Assembly (NCBI RefSeq): GCF_009914755.1
Contig: NC_060925.1
Length of the DNA: 64,000 nucleotides
Source of the DNA: the human T2T-CHM13v2.0 reference genome, Homo sapiens
Reading direction: 5' to 3' (one strand)
Made by a program: the position numbers and the translations under genes. Numbering within the stretch: position 1 is the stretch's first letter; each line of letters opens with the position of its first letter. The notes beneath the pieces are model-generated. The model was not told where the DNA came from. It worked only from the letters and a program-made list of their open reading frames with translations, and did not search any database. Of this stretch, positions 18,145-33,489 are shown in pieces.

Positions 18145-18878
18145 GGTATATTATTTTTCTATTGCAGTTGTAACAATTTACCACAAACTTAGTGCCTTAA
18201 AACAAGTTTGCGGTATAACAACAGCAACATATATATAATATATGTTTTATTATATGTTTTTAAATATGTTTTTATTATATTTTTAAATATATATGTTTTA
18301 AAAATATATTTTAAAAACATATTTTTAATATATGTTTTAATATATTTTTAATACGTTTTATATTATATATAATTATATAATATAAAATATATATATTATA
18401 TAAAAATATATTACATAAAACACAAATGTATTATATTACAGTTCTGAAGAGTCCAAAATGGATCTCACTGGGCTAAGATCAAGGTGTCAGCAGGGCTGCA
18501 TTCCTCCTGGAAGACCTAGGGGAGAATTTGTTTCCTTGTTTTTTCTACATTCTAGAGGCTGGGAAATTGGCTTATGTATTCATTATTTTTTGGCTTTCAT
18601 CAATCTTCAAAGCCAGCAACACATCATTCTGACCTGTGCTCCGTCATCACATCTCCTTCTCTCACTCTAATTCCCCTGCTTCCCCTTTTCGCCTATAAGG
18701 ACCCCTTATCAATACAGTAAGCCTACTTGAATAATCCAGGATAACCTCCCAATCTCAAGATCCTTAATTTGATTACACAGGCAAAGTCCCTTTTGCCACT
18801 TAATATATTCACAGGTTCTGCGAATTGGGACATAAACATTTTGTGGTTGGGAGGATGTCATTATTCTATCTACCACAT
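18145..18878. mobile_element. MLT1-family MaLR LTR interrupted by an AT-rich tract
   Basis: TACCACAAACTTAGTG...TTACAGTTCTG...AAGGTGTCAGCAGGGC motifs. Confidence 0.75.
18228..18420. repeat. AT-rich low-complexity tract
   Basis: Almost entirely A/T. Confidence 0.9.
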
Positions 18879-19207
18879 AAGGATTTCAGACATTGGACAA
18901 CAGGCGGGATGAAGGGGAACAAATGAGGTGAGCCTCATTTAGCTCAGTAGCTTCAGTTACTGACAGAGGAGAGTTTCCAGGCCATACCACAGGAAGGGAG
19001 GACTCAAACAGATCTTGATGGTCTCCTTGAATAGAGGAAACAGATCTTGATGGTCTCCTTGAATAGAGGAAACAGAGTTGAGAATTCACACAGGGCAAGG
19101 TAGCTAGATTTCACTTGGCAGAGTACTGGTGAGGAGAGAGCTTCATGGAAAAGAGAGAACTAAATAGAGAAAGAGAGCTTCGGATATTTGCCAAGTTGTC
19201 CTTGAGT

Positions 19208-19629
19208 CTTTTCTTTTTTTTTTTTTTTTTTGGTAGAGACGGGGTTCTCCCTATATTGCCCAGGCTGGTCTGGGACTCCTGGTCTCAAGCAATCCTCCCA
19301 CCTCGGTCTCCCAAAATGCTGAGATCACAAGCATAAGCCACCGTGCCCAGCCCTTCTTGAGTCTTTTTTTTTTTCTTGTTTTTTTTTTTTTTGAGACGGA
19401 GTCTTGCTCTGTCACCCAGGCCAGAGTGCAGTGGCGTGATTTGGCTCATTGCGGGCTCCGCCTCCCGGGTTCACGCTATTCTCGTGCCTCAGCCTCCTGA
19501 GTAGCTGGGACTATAGGCACCCGCCACCATGCCCAGCTAATTTTTTTGTATTTTTGTAGAGACGGAGTTTCACTGTGTTAGCCAGGATGGTCTCTATCTC
19601 CTGACCTCGTGATCCGCCTGCCTCCCAAA
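19208..19629 (-). mobile_element. Alu monomer (19208-19351) followed by a 5'-truncated AluY-like element (19364-19629)
   Basis: Both are preceded by CTTGAGTCTTT and poly(T). Confidence 0.88.
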
Positions 19630-20256
19630 CTCACCAAAGTGTATGTAGAAAGAAATTATTTAGGGCTGCTGAGAGAATCACCAGAGATGAGCAGGAAGAA
19701 CAATCCCTGGAACAATCCCTGGAGATCACACAGGAGTCCACCCGCCAGAGTGAAAAAAAATTGGTAATACATGGGACATGAGGTGGAATACACACAGGGT
19801 ATTGCTTCAGTAATGAGGCAAAATGAGCTGTAAACTAAAAGCTACTCTTGTCCCACGAACAAAGCTTGAGGGAAAGCCTCAGAAGGAACAAACTATTTTC
19901 AAGTAACTTAACTGAACAAAGCTCAAGAATATCAAAAGGAATATAAATTATGTAGCATCAAATGGCATAAAACTCCAATGTCAAGCATCCAGTGAAAAAT
20001 TATTAGGGATACAAGGAAACAGAAAAATATGACTTATAACAGGAGAAAAATTACTTGAAAGAAATAGACACTAGAATGGCATAGATTATCATCTGTTATT
20101 ATCAATGTTTCTATCATCAAATTAGTAGACAGTATAAATTATTATAACTATAACTGTTATATAACTTATGTGTTCAAGAAGGCAGAGGAAAGCATAAGCA
20201 TGTTAAAGAAAAACATAGAAGATATAGAGAAATTTAAATCAAACTAATATAGATGA

Positions 20257-20572
<316 letters not shown>

Positions 20573-21187
20573 GAGATTTTTTAAAGTACACTGGGTGGGA
20601 TTAATAGTAGATTAGACAGTGGAAGAAAATATAATATGTAGCAATAGGAATTACCCAAAATGACACACAGAAAGAAAAAAAGTTGAACTTTGGGACAAAT
20701 TCAAGTGGCCTAATGTGTGTATAACTGAAATCCCTGAAAAGGAGGGCTAGGACAACAAAAAAAATTGAGAAGAACAAAGATTTAAAAATCCAGCATATTT
20801 CTTGTTGAAAATAATGCAAACCAAAAGATGGTGGAACATTGTTGGCAAAACACTGAAAAAAATCAAACTAACGTTCTATACTGGGTAAAAATATCTTTCA
20901 AAAAAAGGCAAAATAAAGGCTTTATTGAATATATAAAAACTCCCCCTTTTACTTTGCTCTCCATCCTTTTCGCCATGTAAGGATGCAACATTCAAGACAC
21001 TATTTTGGAAGCAGAGATCTGGGCTCTCATCAGACACCAAACCTGCCAGCTCCTTGTTGTTGAACTTCTCAGCCTCCAGGACTGTGAGAATAAATTTCTG
21101 TTGTTTATAAATTATATATATATATGGAGAGAGAGAGAGAGAGAGAGAAAATTTAATGCCAGCAGAATTGCACTACAATGCTAAAAG

Positions 21188-21820
21188 GGTTGGGTGCCAT
21201 CGCTCACACCTGTAATCCCAGCACTTTGGGAGGCCGAGGTGGGTGGATCACTTGAGGCCAGGTGTTCAAGACCAGCTTGGCCAACATGGTGAAACCCAAT
21301 CTCTACTAAAAAATACAAAAAATTAGCTGGGTGTATTGGCAGGTACCTGTAATTCCAGCTACTCAAGAGGCTTAAGCACGAGAATTACTTGAACCCAGGA
21401 CGCAGAGGCCGCAGTGAGCCAAGATTGTGCCATTGCACTCCAGCATGGGTTACAGCGTGAGACTCTGTCTTAAAAAAAAATGAAAGAAGAGGCTGGGCGC
21501 GGTGGCTCACGCCTGTAATCCCAGCACTTTGGGAGGCCGAGGCAGGTGGATCACGAGGTCAGGAGATCAAGACCATCCTGGTGAAACCCCGTCTCTACTA
21601 AAAATACAAACAAATTAGCCAGGCGTGGTGGCGGGCACCTGTAGTCCCAGCTACTCAGGAGGCTGAGGCAGGAGAATGGCGTGAACCCGGGAGGCGGAGC
21701 TTGCAGTGAGCCAAGACCGCACCACTGCACTACAGCCTGGGTAACAGACCGAGACCCCGTCAAAAAAAAAAAAAAAAAAGAAAAGAAAAAGAAAAGAAAA
21801 GAAAATTAAAGAAAAGAAAG
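21188..21820 (+). mobile_element. Two adjacent Alus (AluS-like 21188-21480; AluY-like 21491-21820)
   Basis: Alu dimers with A tails. Confidence 0.9.
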
Positions 21821-22375
21821 AAATCTGCCAAGCAGAAGGGAAGTGATACCACATGAAAACCTGGAACTACACAAAGGAATGAAGAGAGCACTGGAAATGG
21901 TGAAAATGTGGGCAAAGATAAAATACTCTTCTTGCTAATTTAAAAAATTTCTTTAAAAGATAATTGAAGCCATGTGTGGTGACATGTTCTAGTAGTACCA
22001 GCTACTTCAGAGGCTGAAGCAGGAGGATCATTTGAGTTCAGGTGTTCAAGACCAGCCTGAGCGCCAAAGCGAGACCTTTATCTCTTAAGAAAAAAAAAAA
22101 TTGGCTGGCCAGTCACAAAAGACCACATATGATAGGGATTCATTTACCTTAAATGGCCAGAATAGGCAAATCTATAGACACAGATTAGTGATTGCCTAGG
22201 GGTTGGAGGATTGGGGGAAAATGGAGAGTGACTGCTAATGGGTTAGGGGTTTCTTTTTGGGATGATGAAATTCTCTAAAATGATGGTTGCACAAGTCTGT
22301 GAATATGCTAAAAACTGTTGAATTGTGCACCTTAGGTGAGTGAATTGTATAGCTTGTTAATTATCTCTCTCTCTC

Positions 22376-22683
<308 letters not shown>

Positions 22684-22749
22684 TAATTATATCTCAATAA
22701 AATTCTTTAAAAAGATAACTAGGTATTTAAGGCAAGATTAATAACAATG

Positions 22750-23042
22750 AGCCAGTCATGGTGGCTCACACTTATAATCCCAGCACTTTGGGAGGCTAAC
22801 GTGGGAAGATCACTAGAGCTCAGAAGTTCATGACTAGCCTGGGCACCATAACAAGACCCCAACTTTACAAAATAATTTAAAAATTAGCTGAGTGTGGTGG
22901 TAAGTTCTTGAGGTCCCAGCTACCTGGGAGGCTGATGTGGGAGGATTGCTTGAGCCCCTCAGGAGGTTGAGGCTACAAGTGAGCTGTGATTGCACCACTG
23001 CACTCCGGCCTGGCAACAGAGAGAGACCCCATATCAAAAAAA
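22750..23042 (+). mobile_element. AluJ-like
   Basis: Dimer; TSD TTAATAACAATG. Confidence 0.88.
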
Positions 23043-23984
23043 CTTAATAACAATGCATTGTGATGCTTATAACATCTGAAGGAGTAAAATGCATGAAAAT
23101 AGCACAAAGGCAGGGGAGGGAAAACAGATGTATATTGTTGTAAGGTTATTATACCATACATGAAGTATCATAATTCTTGAAGGCAGATTATGATAAATTA
23201 AAGATTTATACTACACATCAAGGAAATGCAAGTTAAAACTACAATGAGGTATTGCTTCACACCCACTAGGATGGCTATAATCCAAAACAAAAATAAGAAC
23301 AAGTGTTAGTGAAGATATGGAGAAATTAGAACTCTAATGCACTGCTGTGGGAATGTAAAATGATGCAGCTGCTTTGAAAAACAGTCTGGAAGTTCTTAAA
23401 TGGTTAACATAGACTTACCATATGACCCAGTAATTCCATGTCCAGGTATGTACAGAGAAATACAAACATAAGTCTACACAGAAACATATATCTAATATTG
23501 ATAGCATCATTATTGATAATGGTCCAAAAGTGAACACAACCCAACTATCCATCAACAGATGATAATGAATAGATAAATAAAATATGTTATATCCATATAA
23601 TGGAATATTATTTGTGAATAAAAAGGAATAAAGTACTGATATATTTTACAACATGGATGAACCTTGAAAACACAATACTAATTGAAAAAAAAAAGTCACA
23701 AATGACCAGATATTGCATGATTTCATTTATACACAATATCCAGAATAGGCAAATCTAATGGTTGCCTATGGCTGAGGAGAATGGATAAATGGAGGGGAAG
23801 GTTGCTTAGGTATAGGGGATCTCTTTTTGGGAATAATGAGAATGTTCTAAAATTGATCATGATGATACTTGCCAAATTCTGTCATACTAAAGCCATTAAA
23901 TTATATATTTTAAGTGGATGAAGTGTATGATATGTGAATTATATCTCAAAAAAAGTTGTTTTACCAGCCTGGGCAATATAGTGA

Positions 23985-25784
23985 TGATAACAGTGGCAGC
24001 CTCTCTGGAGCAGCTGCTTCCATCACGCCAGCTGCAGCAGGGAGGCACAGCTAGGCTGCACATTCCATGGAGCCAGCAGGAGCCAGGAACAGGTGGGAGC
24101 CCCTCCCCTTCTGAGTTGGTGGGGCAGGAGCTCCCTGGGTACAACTGCAGCTGCCCAAGTTGTGGTTGTGGACCTGGGTCTCCTACTCCATGGAACAGGC
24201 AGGAGCCCTACCCCACAACACCATAGCTGCAGCTGCCCAAACCATGGCTGTGGACTCAGACATCCTTACACTCTTCAGGGCCTCAGAAGGCCCCACACCA
24301 CCGTTGCAGACTCAGAAATGCCTGCTCCCACTGACTGGCTTCTCCCTGCTATTGGTGCTCACTCTGACCTTGCTGCAAAGTCAGGGCTGAGCCCAGGTGC
24401 TGTCACAGCATGGCCAGGTGTGCACACACTCGGAACAGTGCTGACACACAAGCTCCCTGCTGCCTGGGCCCCCTCCAGACTTTGGGCATTGATGAGCATA
24501 GGAGGGAAGCCAATGGGGACTGAGGGCATGTTGGTGCTGGCCTGCAGGCACCCCTAGGCACTTACAGCCTGGGCACCACAAATGGCCACAGGAAGCAGAT
24601 AGGTTCCTGGGTGGAAGGGGGTGAGTTCCTGGTGAGGCCTCACCTTCAGGCCAGGGAAGGCCTGAAGGCTGGTGACCGGGCTACCAGTTCCACAGACCAG
24701 AGTGCGAACTTCTGGGGCCTTTTCCGGACCCATGGCCACCCATGGACCAATCAGTGCTTAATTCCTCCCCTCTGAGGCCCATAAAAGCTCTGGGCTCAGC
24801 CAGAGCTGAGTAGACTTCAGGATGACCAGCTGCAGAGAGGAGCTACCCACTCCAGGGCCTCTTCTCTGCTGAGAGCAGCAGATGTTGGGACGACCAGCTG
24901 CAGAGAGGAGCTACCCACTCCATGGCCTCCTCTCTGCTGAAAGCTACAGATACATTGGGACAACCAGCTGCAGAAAGGAACAACCTACTCCAGGGCCTCC
25001 TCTCTGCTGAAAGCAGCAGATATGATAAGACAATCTACCTGCAGAGGAGGCTCCCCCTCCAAGGCCTCCTCTCTGCTAGGAGCGAAACACTCATCAGGAT
25101 ACCCTAGCTGTGTAAAGGAGCTACCTACTGTGGGCCTCCTCTAAGCTGTTCTATCCCTCAATAAAGCTCCCTCTCATCTTGCTCACCCTCCACTTGTCTG
25201 CATACTTCATTCTTCCTGGTAGCAGGACAGAACTCAGGGCCTGTCAAATGGTGGGGCTAAAAGAGCTGTAACACAAACAGGGCTGAAACATGCCCCTTGC
25301 TTGCCACATTGCAGGTGAAGAGAAGGAGAGAAGAGCTGTGGCCCTTCGGGAAGCCCAGACCTGGGAACTCCCTGAGCTAGAGTTGTGACTCCCTCTTTGG
25401 GGTCCTGCAGTTCCTAGAGTCTCTAAGCTTCTGGGTGCCACTGCATTTCCCAGTGGCAGCCTTGGAAGCTGCTTTTGGTATGCCTGGTCCAGCCACAGCC
25501 TTGCAGAAAGCCGGCACCCATGCCGGTACTTGGAGCTTCCTGCCCCACTGCAGCAGCTGGCATGCCTGACTGTGCACAGTGGCTGGACCCCATGCTTGCT
25601 CACTCACACATCTCTCACCACTCCATGCCTGGCTTGCCCTTGGCAGCCGTAGGATCCAGGCCAGTAGCATGAGCTGAGAGGAGCCTGCCAGGCCAAGTGG
25701 GTGGAATAAGCCCAGCAGCCCCAAGCAAAACTCAGCCACAGAGGTTTCCAGCCAGAAAAGCAACAACCCAAGGATCCTGCAACA
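23985..25784 (+). mobile_element. Solo MER52-family LTR (ERV1) inserted in a truncated Alu
   Basis: TG...CA termini; 4-bp TSD GTGA; CCAAT/CATAAAA and AATAAA present; the Alu resumes at 25785. Confidence 0.88.
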
Positions 25785-25823
25785 GTGAGACCCTATCTCT
25801 GCAAAAAATTTAAAAATTAGTCA

Positions 25824-25979
<156 letters not shown>

Positions 25980-26465
25980 TCATTTTAAAAATAAAGTTTA
26001 AAAAATGTATATTAGAAACCCTAAAGTAACCACTAAAATACAAAACAAAGAGTTGTAGCTAATAGGCCAACTGGAGATAAAATGGAATAATAAAAAATAC
26101 TCAATCCAAGAGAAGTTAACAAGAAAAAGGGGGAACAGAAAACAAATAGGACAAACAGAAAACAAAAAGTAAGATGGTAGACTTAAACCCTACCATATCC
26201 TTAATTATGTTAAGTGTAAACATCTTAAACACCCCAATTTAAAGGCAGAGATTGTCAAGTTGGGTAGAAAAGCAAGACCCAACTATATGCTGCCTATAAG
26301 AAACCCATTTGAAAAACAAAGTAACAAATAACCTAAAAATTAAAAGATGGAAAAAAATCTCATGCTAACACTAATCAAAAGAATACTAGGATGACAATAT
26401 TAATTTCAGACAGAGTAGATTTCTGAGCAAAGAATATTGCCAGTGTTAAAAAGAATCATCCTAAA

Positions 26466-26735
26466 TCCAGGTACAGTGATGTGTGCCTGTAACCCTAGCT
26501 ACTCCAGATGCTGAAGCAAGAGGATCACTTGAGCCCAGGAGTTTGAGACCAGCCTGGGCAACATAGTGAAAAAAAAGTTAAAAAATTAGCTTGGTGTGGT
26601 GGCGAGTGCCTGTAGTCCCAGCTACTCAGGAGGCTAAGGTGGGAGATCACTTGAGCCCGGGAAAAATTGAGGCTACCTTGAGCCATGATTATGCCACTAT
26701 ACTTTAGCCTAGATGACAGAGTGAGACCCTATCTC

Positions 26736-26766
<31 letters not shown>

Positions 26767-26772
26767 AAAGAA
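26466..26772 (+). mobile_element. AluJ-like
   Basis: Dimer with long A tail. Confidence 0.88.
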
Positions 26773-28165
26773 AATGAGATAAAACAAAGGAGTCAATTGG
26801 TCAAGAGAACTTAGCAATTCTCAATGTTTATGCACCTGATAATTAAGCTTCACATACACAAAATAAAACTGATGGAACTGCAAGGAAAAATATATAAGTT
26901 CACAATTATAGTAAGATACTTTGGCATCTTTCTCATTAGAATTTAATAGAAGAGATAAACAGAAAATCTGTAAAGATATTGAAGATTCAAACACCATAAA
27001 CCAACTTGACCTAATTGAAATTTATCAAATACTTCACCCAACAGCAACAAAATACATGTTCTTTTCTAATATCCACAAAACATTTACCAAGATAAGTCAT
27101 ATTCTGATCAAAAACCGAGTCTCAGTAAGTTGAAAATAATTCAAATATACAAAATATGACAACAAGAAAATTAAATGGAACTCAACAACAGAAAGATATC
27201 TGAAAAATCCCCAAATAGGTGGATATTAAACATAAATAACACACTTCTAAATAACTCAAGTATCAAAAAGGCAAGCAAAAGAATGTTAGAAATTATTTGA
27301 ATTGAGTAAAAAGAAAAATTTGTGAGATGATGCTAAAGCAGTGCTTAGGAGGAAATATATAGCATTAAGGGCATATATATTTTAAAAATTGTTTCAAATT
27401 AGTGACCTTAGGAAACTGTAAAAAGAAGAACAATTCAAATCCAAATCAGCCAAAGAAAGTAATAAATATAAGAGCAGAAATCAGAGAAATGGAAAACAAA
27501 TAAGCAAGAAGAATAGAGAAAATCAATAAAGCCAAAAACAGATTGAGAAGATCAATAAAATTGATAAACCTGTAGCCTGACTGATAGGAGACAAAAGAAG
27601 ATACACATCACTAATATTGAGAAGGAAAGGGTGACATAATTATAGGTTCTATAAACATTAAGAGGATAATAAGGGACTATTATAACTTTTTACTAATATA
27701 TTCAACAACTTAAATGAAATAGGCAAGCTACCAAAGCTTACTCAAGAAGAAATAGTAATATGCAAAGTTTTATTTTTATTAAAGAAATCAAATTTTTAAT
27801 TAAAAATTTTCCCATTAAGAAAACTCCAGGCCCAGATGGCTTCACTGTTGAAGTCTACCAAAATGTAAAAGCAAAATAATAACAGTTCTACAAAAATTCT
27901 TTCAGAAAATTGAAGAAGAAGAAACTTCCCCTAATTCATTATATGAGACTAGCATTCACCCGGTACCAAAACCAAACAAAAACACAGAAGATAATGAAAC
28001 TGTATGCCACTGTTCTTCATGAACATTGAAATAAAATTCCTCAACAAAATGTTAGCAAAATAAATCCCGTAATGAATACAATGGTTAATATATTCTGACC
28101 AAACTAGTTTATCCCACAAATGCAAGACTGGTGAAAAAAATTAGAAAATTAACCAATGTAATTTA

Positions 28166-28168
<3 letters not shown>

Positions 28169-28216
<48 letters not shown>
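28169..28216. repeat. (CA)n microsatellite
   Basis: ~23 perfect CA units. Confidence 0.97.
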
Positions 28217-28218
<2 letters not shown>

Positions 28219-28429
28219 TTCTTCTCAATAGCTGAAAGAAAAACATTTGACAAGGTCTTACATTCATTCCTAACGAAAACTTTCATCAGTGTAGGAATAG
28301 AAGGGAATTTCTTTTACCTGACAAAGTCCATATATAAAAAATTTACAGCTACCGTCATGGTTTATCATGAACAACTGAATGCTTTCTGTCTAAGATTCCA
28401 AAGAAAGAAAGAAATGTCCATGCTCACCT

Positions 28430-29290
<861 letters not shown>

Positions 29291-30094
29291 TAGAAAATTT
29301 AAAATATTTAGGAATAAATTTAATGAAAGATGTTGAAAACATGCACACTGAAAATGACAAAACATTGCTGAGAGAAGCTAAAGATGACCTAAATAAATAC
29401 AGCAGAGAGATATGGCAGGTTCATGAATCAGAAGACTCAATATTGGTCAGATATTAGTTCTCCCCCTGGAGATTCAAAGCAATCCCAATAAAAGGCCAGC
29501 GCAATTTTTTAATAGAAATTGACAAGCTGATTCTACAATGTGTTTGAAAATGAAAAGAATCTAAAACAGCCAAAACAACTTTAAAAAATAATAAAGCTAT
29601 TTATTTACACTATTTGATTTTAAGACCTATAAAGCTACAGTAATCAAGACGGTATGGTATTGGTGTAGATAGAAAATAGAACAGAGCAGATACTCTGGAA
29701 TTAGAGGTAAGGCTACAGTAATCAATGTGATATGGTAGTGTAAAGACAGACAATAGAATAGAATAGAGAGTTTGGAATTAGAAATATAATTGATTTTTCA
29801 CAAAGGGTCAATGCAATTCAATAGTGAAAGGATAATTTTTTTAAACAAATGACACTGAAGCAATTGAATTGCTATATGTGACAAAATGAATCTCATGCTA
29901 TACACAGATTATATACACTTACCTCACACTATATGCATACTGTCCACAAAAAATTAACTCAAAATGGCTCTTAGACTTAATTGTAAGGGTTAATACTATA
30001 AAATTTCTAGAAGAAACAAGGAGAAAATATTCATGACCTTGGATTTGGCAAAGATTTCTTAAACAGGATACAAAAAGCATAAAAGAAAAAAGTC

Positions 30095-30665
30095 ACTGTA
30101 TGAATTATCTACTGTGGGACAACAAATTACCTCTAATCCTTAAATAGTGACTTAAATAGTACTTATTATTACCTTTGTGAGTCATGAATCCCAGCATGAT
30201 TTAGCTGAGACCTCTGCTTCAAGGGTCTCTCACAAGGCTACAGTCAACTTTTAACTGGGGCTGTGCTCTCATTTGAAGTCTCAGCTGGTTAAGGATCCAC
30301 TTTTGATTGTTGTTTTCAAGATTTAGTTCTCAAGGGTTGTTGAGAGGCTCTTAATTCTTTGCTAGTTATTGGCCAGGGGTAACTCTGTTTTGCCCTGTGG
30401 GCTTCTCAGTAGGGCAGCTCACAATAGAGCCTCTTGCTTCATCAAAGGGAGGATAAAAGAAGAGTCAGGGAGAGGGTACAAGCAAGAAGCAAGTCACAGT
30501 GTTTTCTAGTGTAATTCTGAGGTGATATTCTATCACCTTTGCCACAAGTTATTCATTAGAAATAAACCACTATGTCTAACTCACATTCAAGGGAAGAGGA
30601 TTACACAAGGTCACAAATGCCAGAAGGTAGGGATTGTTGAAAACCGTTTCAGAAATTTCCAACCA
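30095..30665. mobile_element. MLT1-family LTR remnant
   Basis: MLT1-like motifs (CTCACAAGGCTACAGTCAA...CACATTCAAGGGAAGAGG). Confidence 0.6.
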
Positions 30666-31291
30666 TAAACCATTGAACTTTACAAAAATTAAAATCTTTT
30701 GCTCTTCTGAAGACATTGTCATAGACTGGGAAAAAACATTATCCAATAAAAGAACTGTTATCTAAAATATATAAAGAATTCACACAGTTCAATAATAAAA
30801 AGACAAACAATTCCATTTTCAAAATGCCAAAAAGCTGGGCACAGTGGCCCATTCCCATCATACAAGCTACTTGGGAGGCTGAGGCAGTATGATTGTTTGC
30901 ACCCAGGAGTTTGAGGCTGTAGTGCACCATGATCATGTAGTGCACTGTGAATAGCCACTGCACCCCAGCCTGGGCAACAAACTGAAACCCCATCTCAAAA
31001 TAAAAAACTGGGCAAAAGATTTAAATAGATACTTCATAAAAAATATATGTGGATGGCAAATAAGTACATGACAAGATGCTCAACATCATTATTTGTTATG
31101 AAAATGCAAATTAAAACACAATGAGATACCATCATATATCCACTAGAATGTTAAAAAGACTAGCAATACTAGTCTTTGGTGAACATGTGAAGCAACCAGA
31201 ACACTCACACACTGCTTGTGGTACTTGAAAATGATGTAATCTCTTTAGGAAACAGTTTGGAAGTTTCCTAAAAAGTTAAACATAAACCTAT

Positions 31292-33463
31292 TATCATGAG
31301 ATCTTTGGGGTGTTGCTTCACCCGCTGGAAACCTCTGTGGCCATTGGCACCTTTACCCAAGTTTTGCTCAGGCCTGCGGGGCTTGTTTTGCCCACTTGGC
31401 CTGTCAGGCTGCACTTGGCTTGCACTGTTGGTCTGGATCCCACACCTACCAAGGGTGAGCCAGGGACAGAGCGGTGAGGAATGTGTGAGTGAGCATGGGG
31501 TCTGGCCACTGCACACAGCCAGGCATGCCGGCTGCAGTGGGGCAGGCAGCTCCAGGTGCTGACACAGGTGCCGGCCCCCTGTGAGGCTGTGGCTGGACCA
31601 GGCATACTGCAAGCAGCTTCCACTAGGGGCACTGGGGAACACGGTGGCACCTGGAAGCTAGGAGACACCAGGAACCACACAGCCCCAAAGAAGGTGTCAC
31701 AGCCCTGGCTTGGGGAGCTTCAAGGTCTGGGTTGCCCAAATGGTCGCAGCTCTCCTTTCTTCTCTCCTTCTCATCACCTGCAACATGGTGAGCAGGGGGG
31801 CATGTTTAAGCTCTGTTAGTGTTACAGCTCTTTCAGACTTGCCATTTGGGGGTCCCAAGTTCCTGTCCCACATCCAGGAAGAATGAGGTATGTGGACAAC
31901 TGGACGGTGAGCAAGGTGAAGAGGTGTTTTATTGAGCAACAGTACAGCTCTCAGGAGACCCAAAGTGGGTAGCTCCTTTCTGCAAGCAGGTCACCCTGAC
32001 ATCTCTGCTTCCTCAGCGGAAAGGAGACCTGGAGTGGGTAGCTCCTATCCACAGACAGGTCATCCCATCATCTCAGCAGAGAGGAGACTGGAGTGGGTAG
32101 CTCCTATCCACATGCAGGTCATCTCAACATCTGTGCAGCCCTTAGCAGAGAGGAGACCCAGAATGGGTAGCTCCTATCCACAGGCAGGTTGCCCCGATGT
32201 CTCTGCAGCCCTCAGCAGAGAGAAGACCTGGAGTTGGTAACTCCTCTCCACAGGCAGGCTGTCCCATCATCTGTGCAGCCCTCAGTGGAGAGGAGACCCA
32301 GAGTAGGTAGCTCCTATCCACAGGCAGATCACCCTGATGTCTCTGAAGCCTTCGGCAGAGAGGAGATCTGGAGTGGATAGTTCCTATATGCAGGCAGGTT
32401 GTCCCGTTGTCTGTGCAGCCCTCAGCGTGGATTCTATCCACAGGCAGGATAGCTCCTATCCACAGGCAGGATAGCTCCTATCCACAGGCAGGTCATCCCA
32501 ATGTCTGCAGCCCTCAGCAGAGAGAAGCCCTGGAGTGGGTAGCTCCTATCCAGAGGCAGGTTGTCTGGATGTCTCTACAGCTCTCAGTGGAGATGAGACC
32601 TGGAGTGGGTAGCTCCTGTCCACAGGCAGTTCATCCTGACAAGTCTGCATCCCTCAGTGGAGACTAGAGCTGGAGTGGGGAGCTCCAATCTGCAGACAGG
32701 TCATCTACCGAGTTTGGCTGAGTCCAGGGATTTTTATGGGCTTCAGAATGGAGAAAGTGCATGTTGATTGGTCCGTGGGCGGCCATGGGAGAACCTGAAA
32801 AAAGCACCATAAGTTCTCACTTCAGACAGTGGAACTGGCAGCCCGGGCCACAGCCTTCAGGCCATCCCTGGCTTGAAGGTAGGACTTCACCAGGAACCAC
32901 CTCTTTCCACCCAGGAGCCTGGCTGCCTCCTGCTGCCGTCAACTTGCTGTCCATGGTGCTCACCAGCACCCAGGCTGTTCATGCTGAGGGGCACCTGCAA
33001 GCTCACACTGAGCTACCCTCTGCCCCCTCTCAGCCTCCCTCCCATGCTCCTCAGTGCCCAAAGTCCAGTGCGGACTGAGGTGGCAAGGGCTGGTGTGTCA
33101 GTGCTGCCCCAAGCATACACACTTGGCCAGGTCATGACAGTGCCCAGGCTGGGGTCTCAACTCTGCTCCAAAATCAGACCAGGCACCAGGAGTAGGGAGA
33201 GGAGCAGACAATTCCAAGCCTGCAGGGGTAGGGGGCCTTCCTGGCCCCCAGAGCTTTGGAATGCCTGGGTTCACAACCCCGGCTGGGTGACTGCAGGTGC
33301 ACCTGGAGGGCAGGGCTTCTACCCCTCCAACTCTGAAAGGGGCGGGGCTTCCATCTGTTCCTGGATCCCTCTGGCTCTGTGGAGCACGCAGCCCCAGCGG
33401 TGCCTCCCCACTGCAGCCAGTGTCATGCCTGAGGCCACTCCAGACAGGCTGCAGTTGCCATCA
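31292..33463 (-). mobile_element. Solo MER52-family LTR (long, MER52D-like) inserted in an old L1
   Basis: Reverse-complement homology to 23985-25784; 4-bp TSD CTAT at 31288-31291 and 33464-33467. Confidence 0.88.
31960..32705. repeat. ~70-bp tandem array (~11 units) inside the MER52 LTR
   Basis: GAGTGGGTAGCTCCTATCCACAGGCAGG-type units start at 32091, 32161, 32231, 32301 and 32371. Confidence 0.92.
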
Positions 33464-33489
33464 CTATTATATAACTCAGTCATTACATT

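Noticed and set aside
29630-29785. Diverged ~78-bp duplication in an old L1
   Set aside because: Ancient and degenerate, with no evident functional motif
31960-32705. CRISPR-like repeat-spacer appearance
   Set aside because: The apparent spacers are homologous to each other; it is a tandem array inside an LTR in primate DNA, with no cas genes
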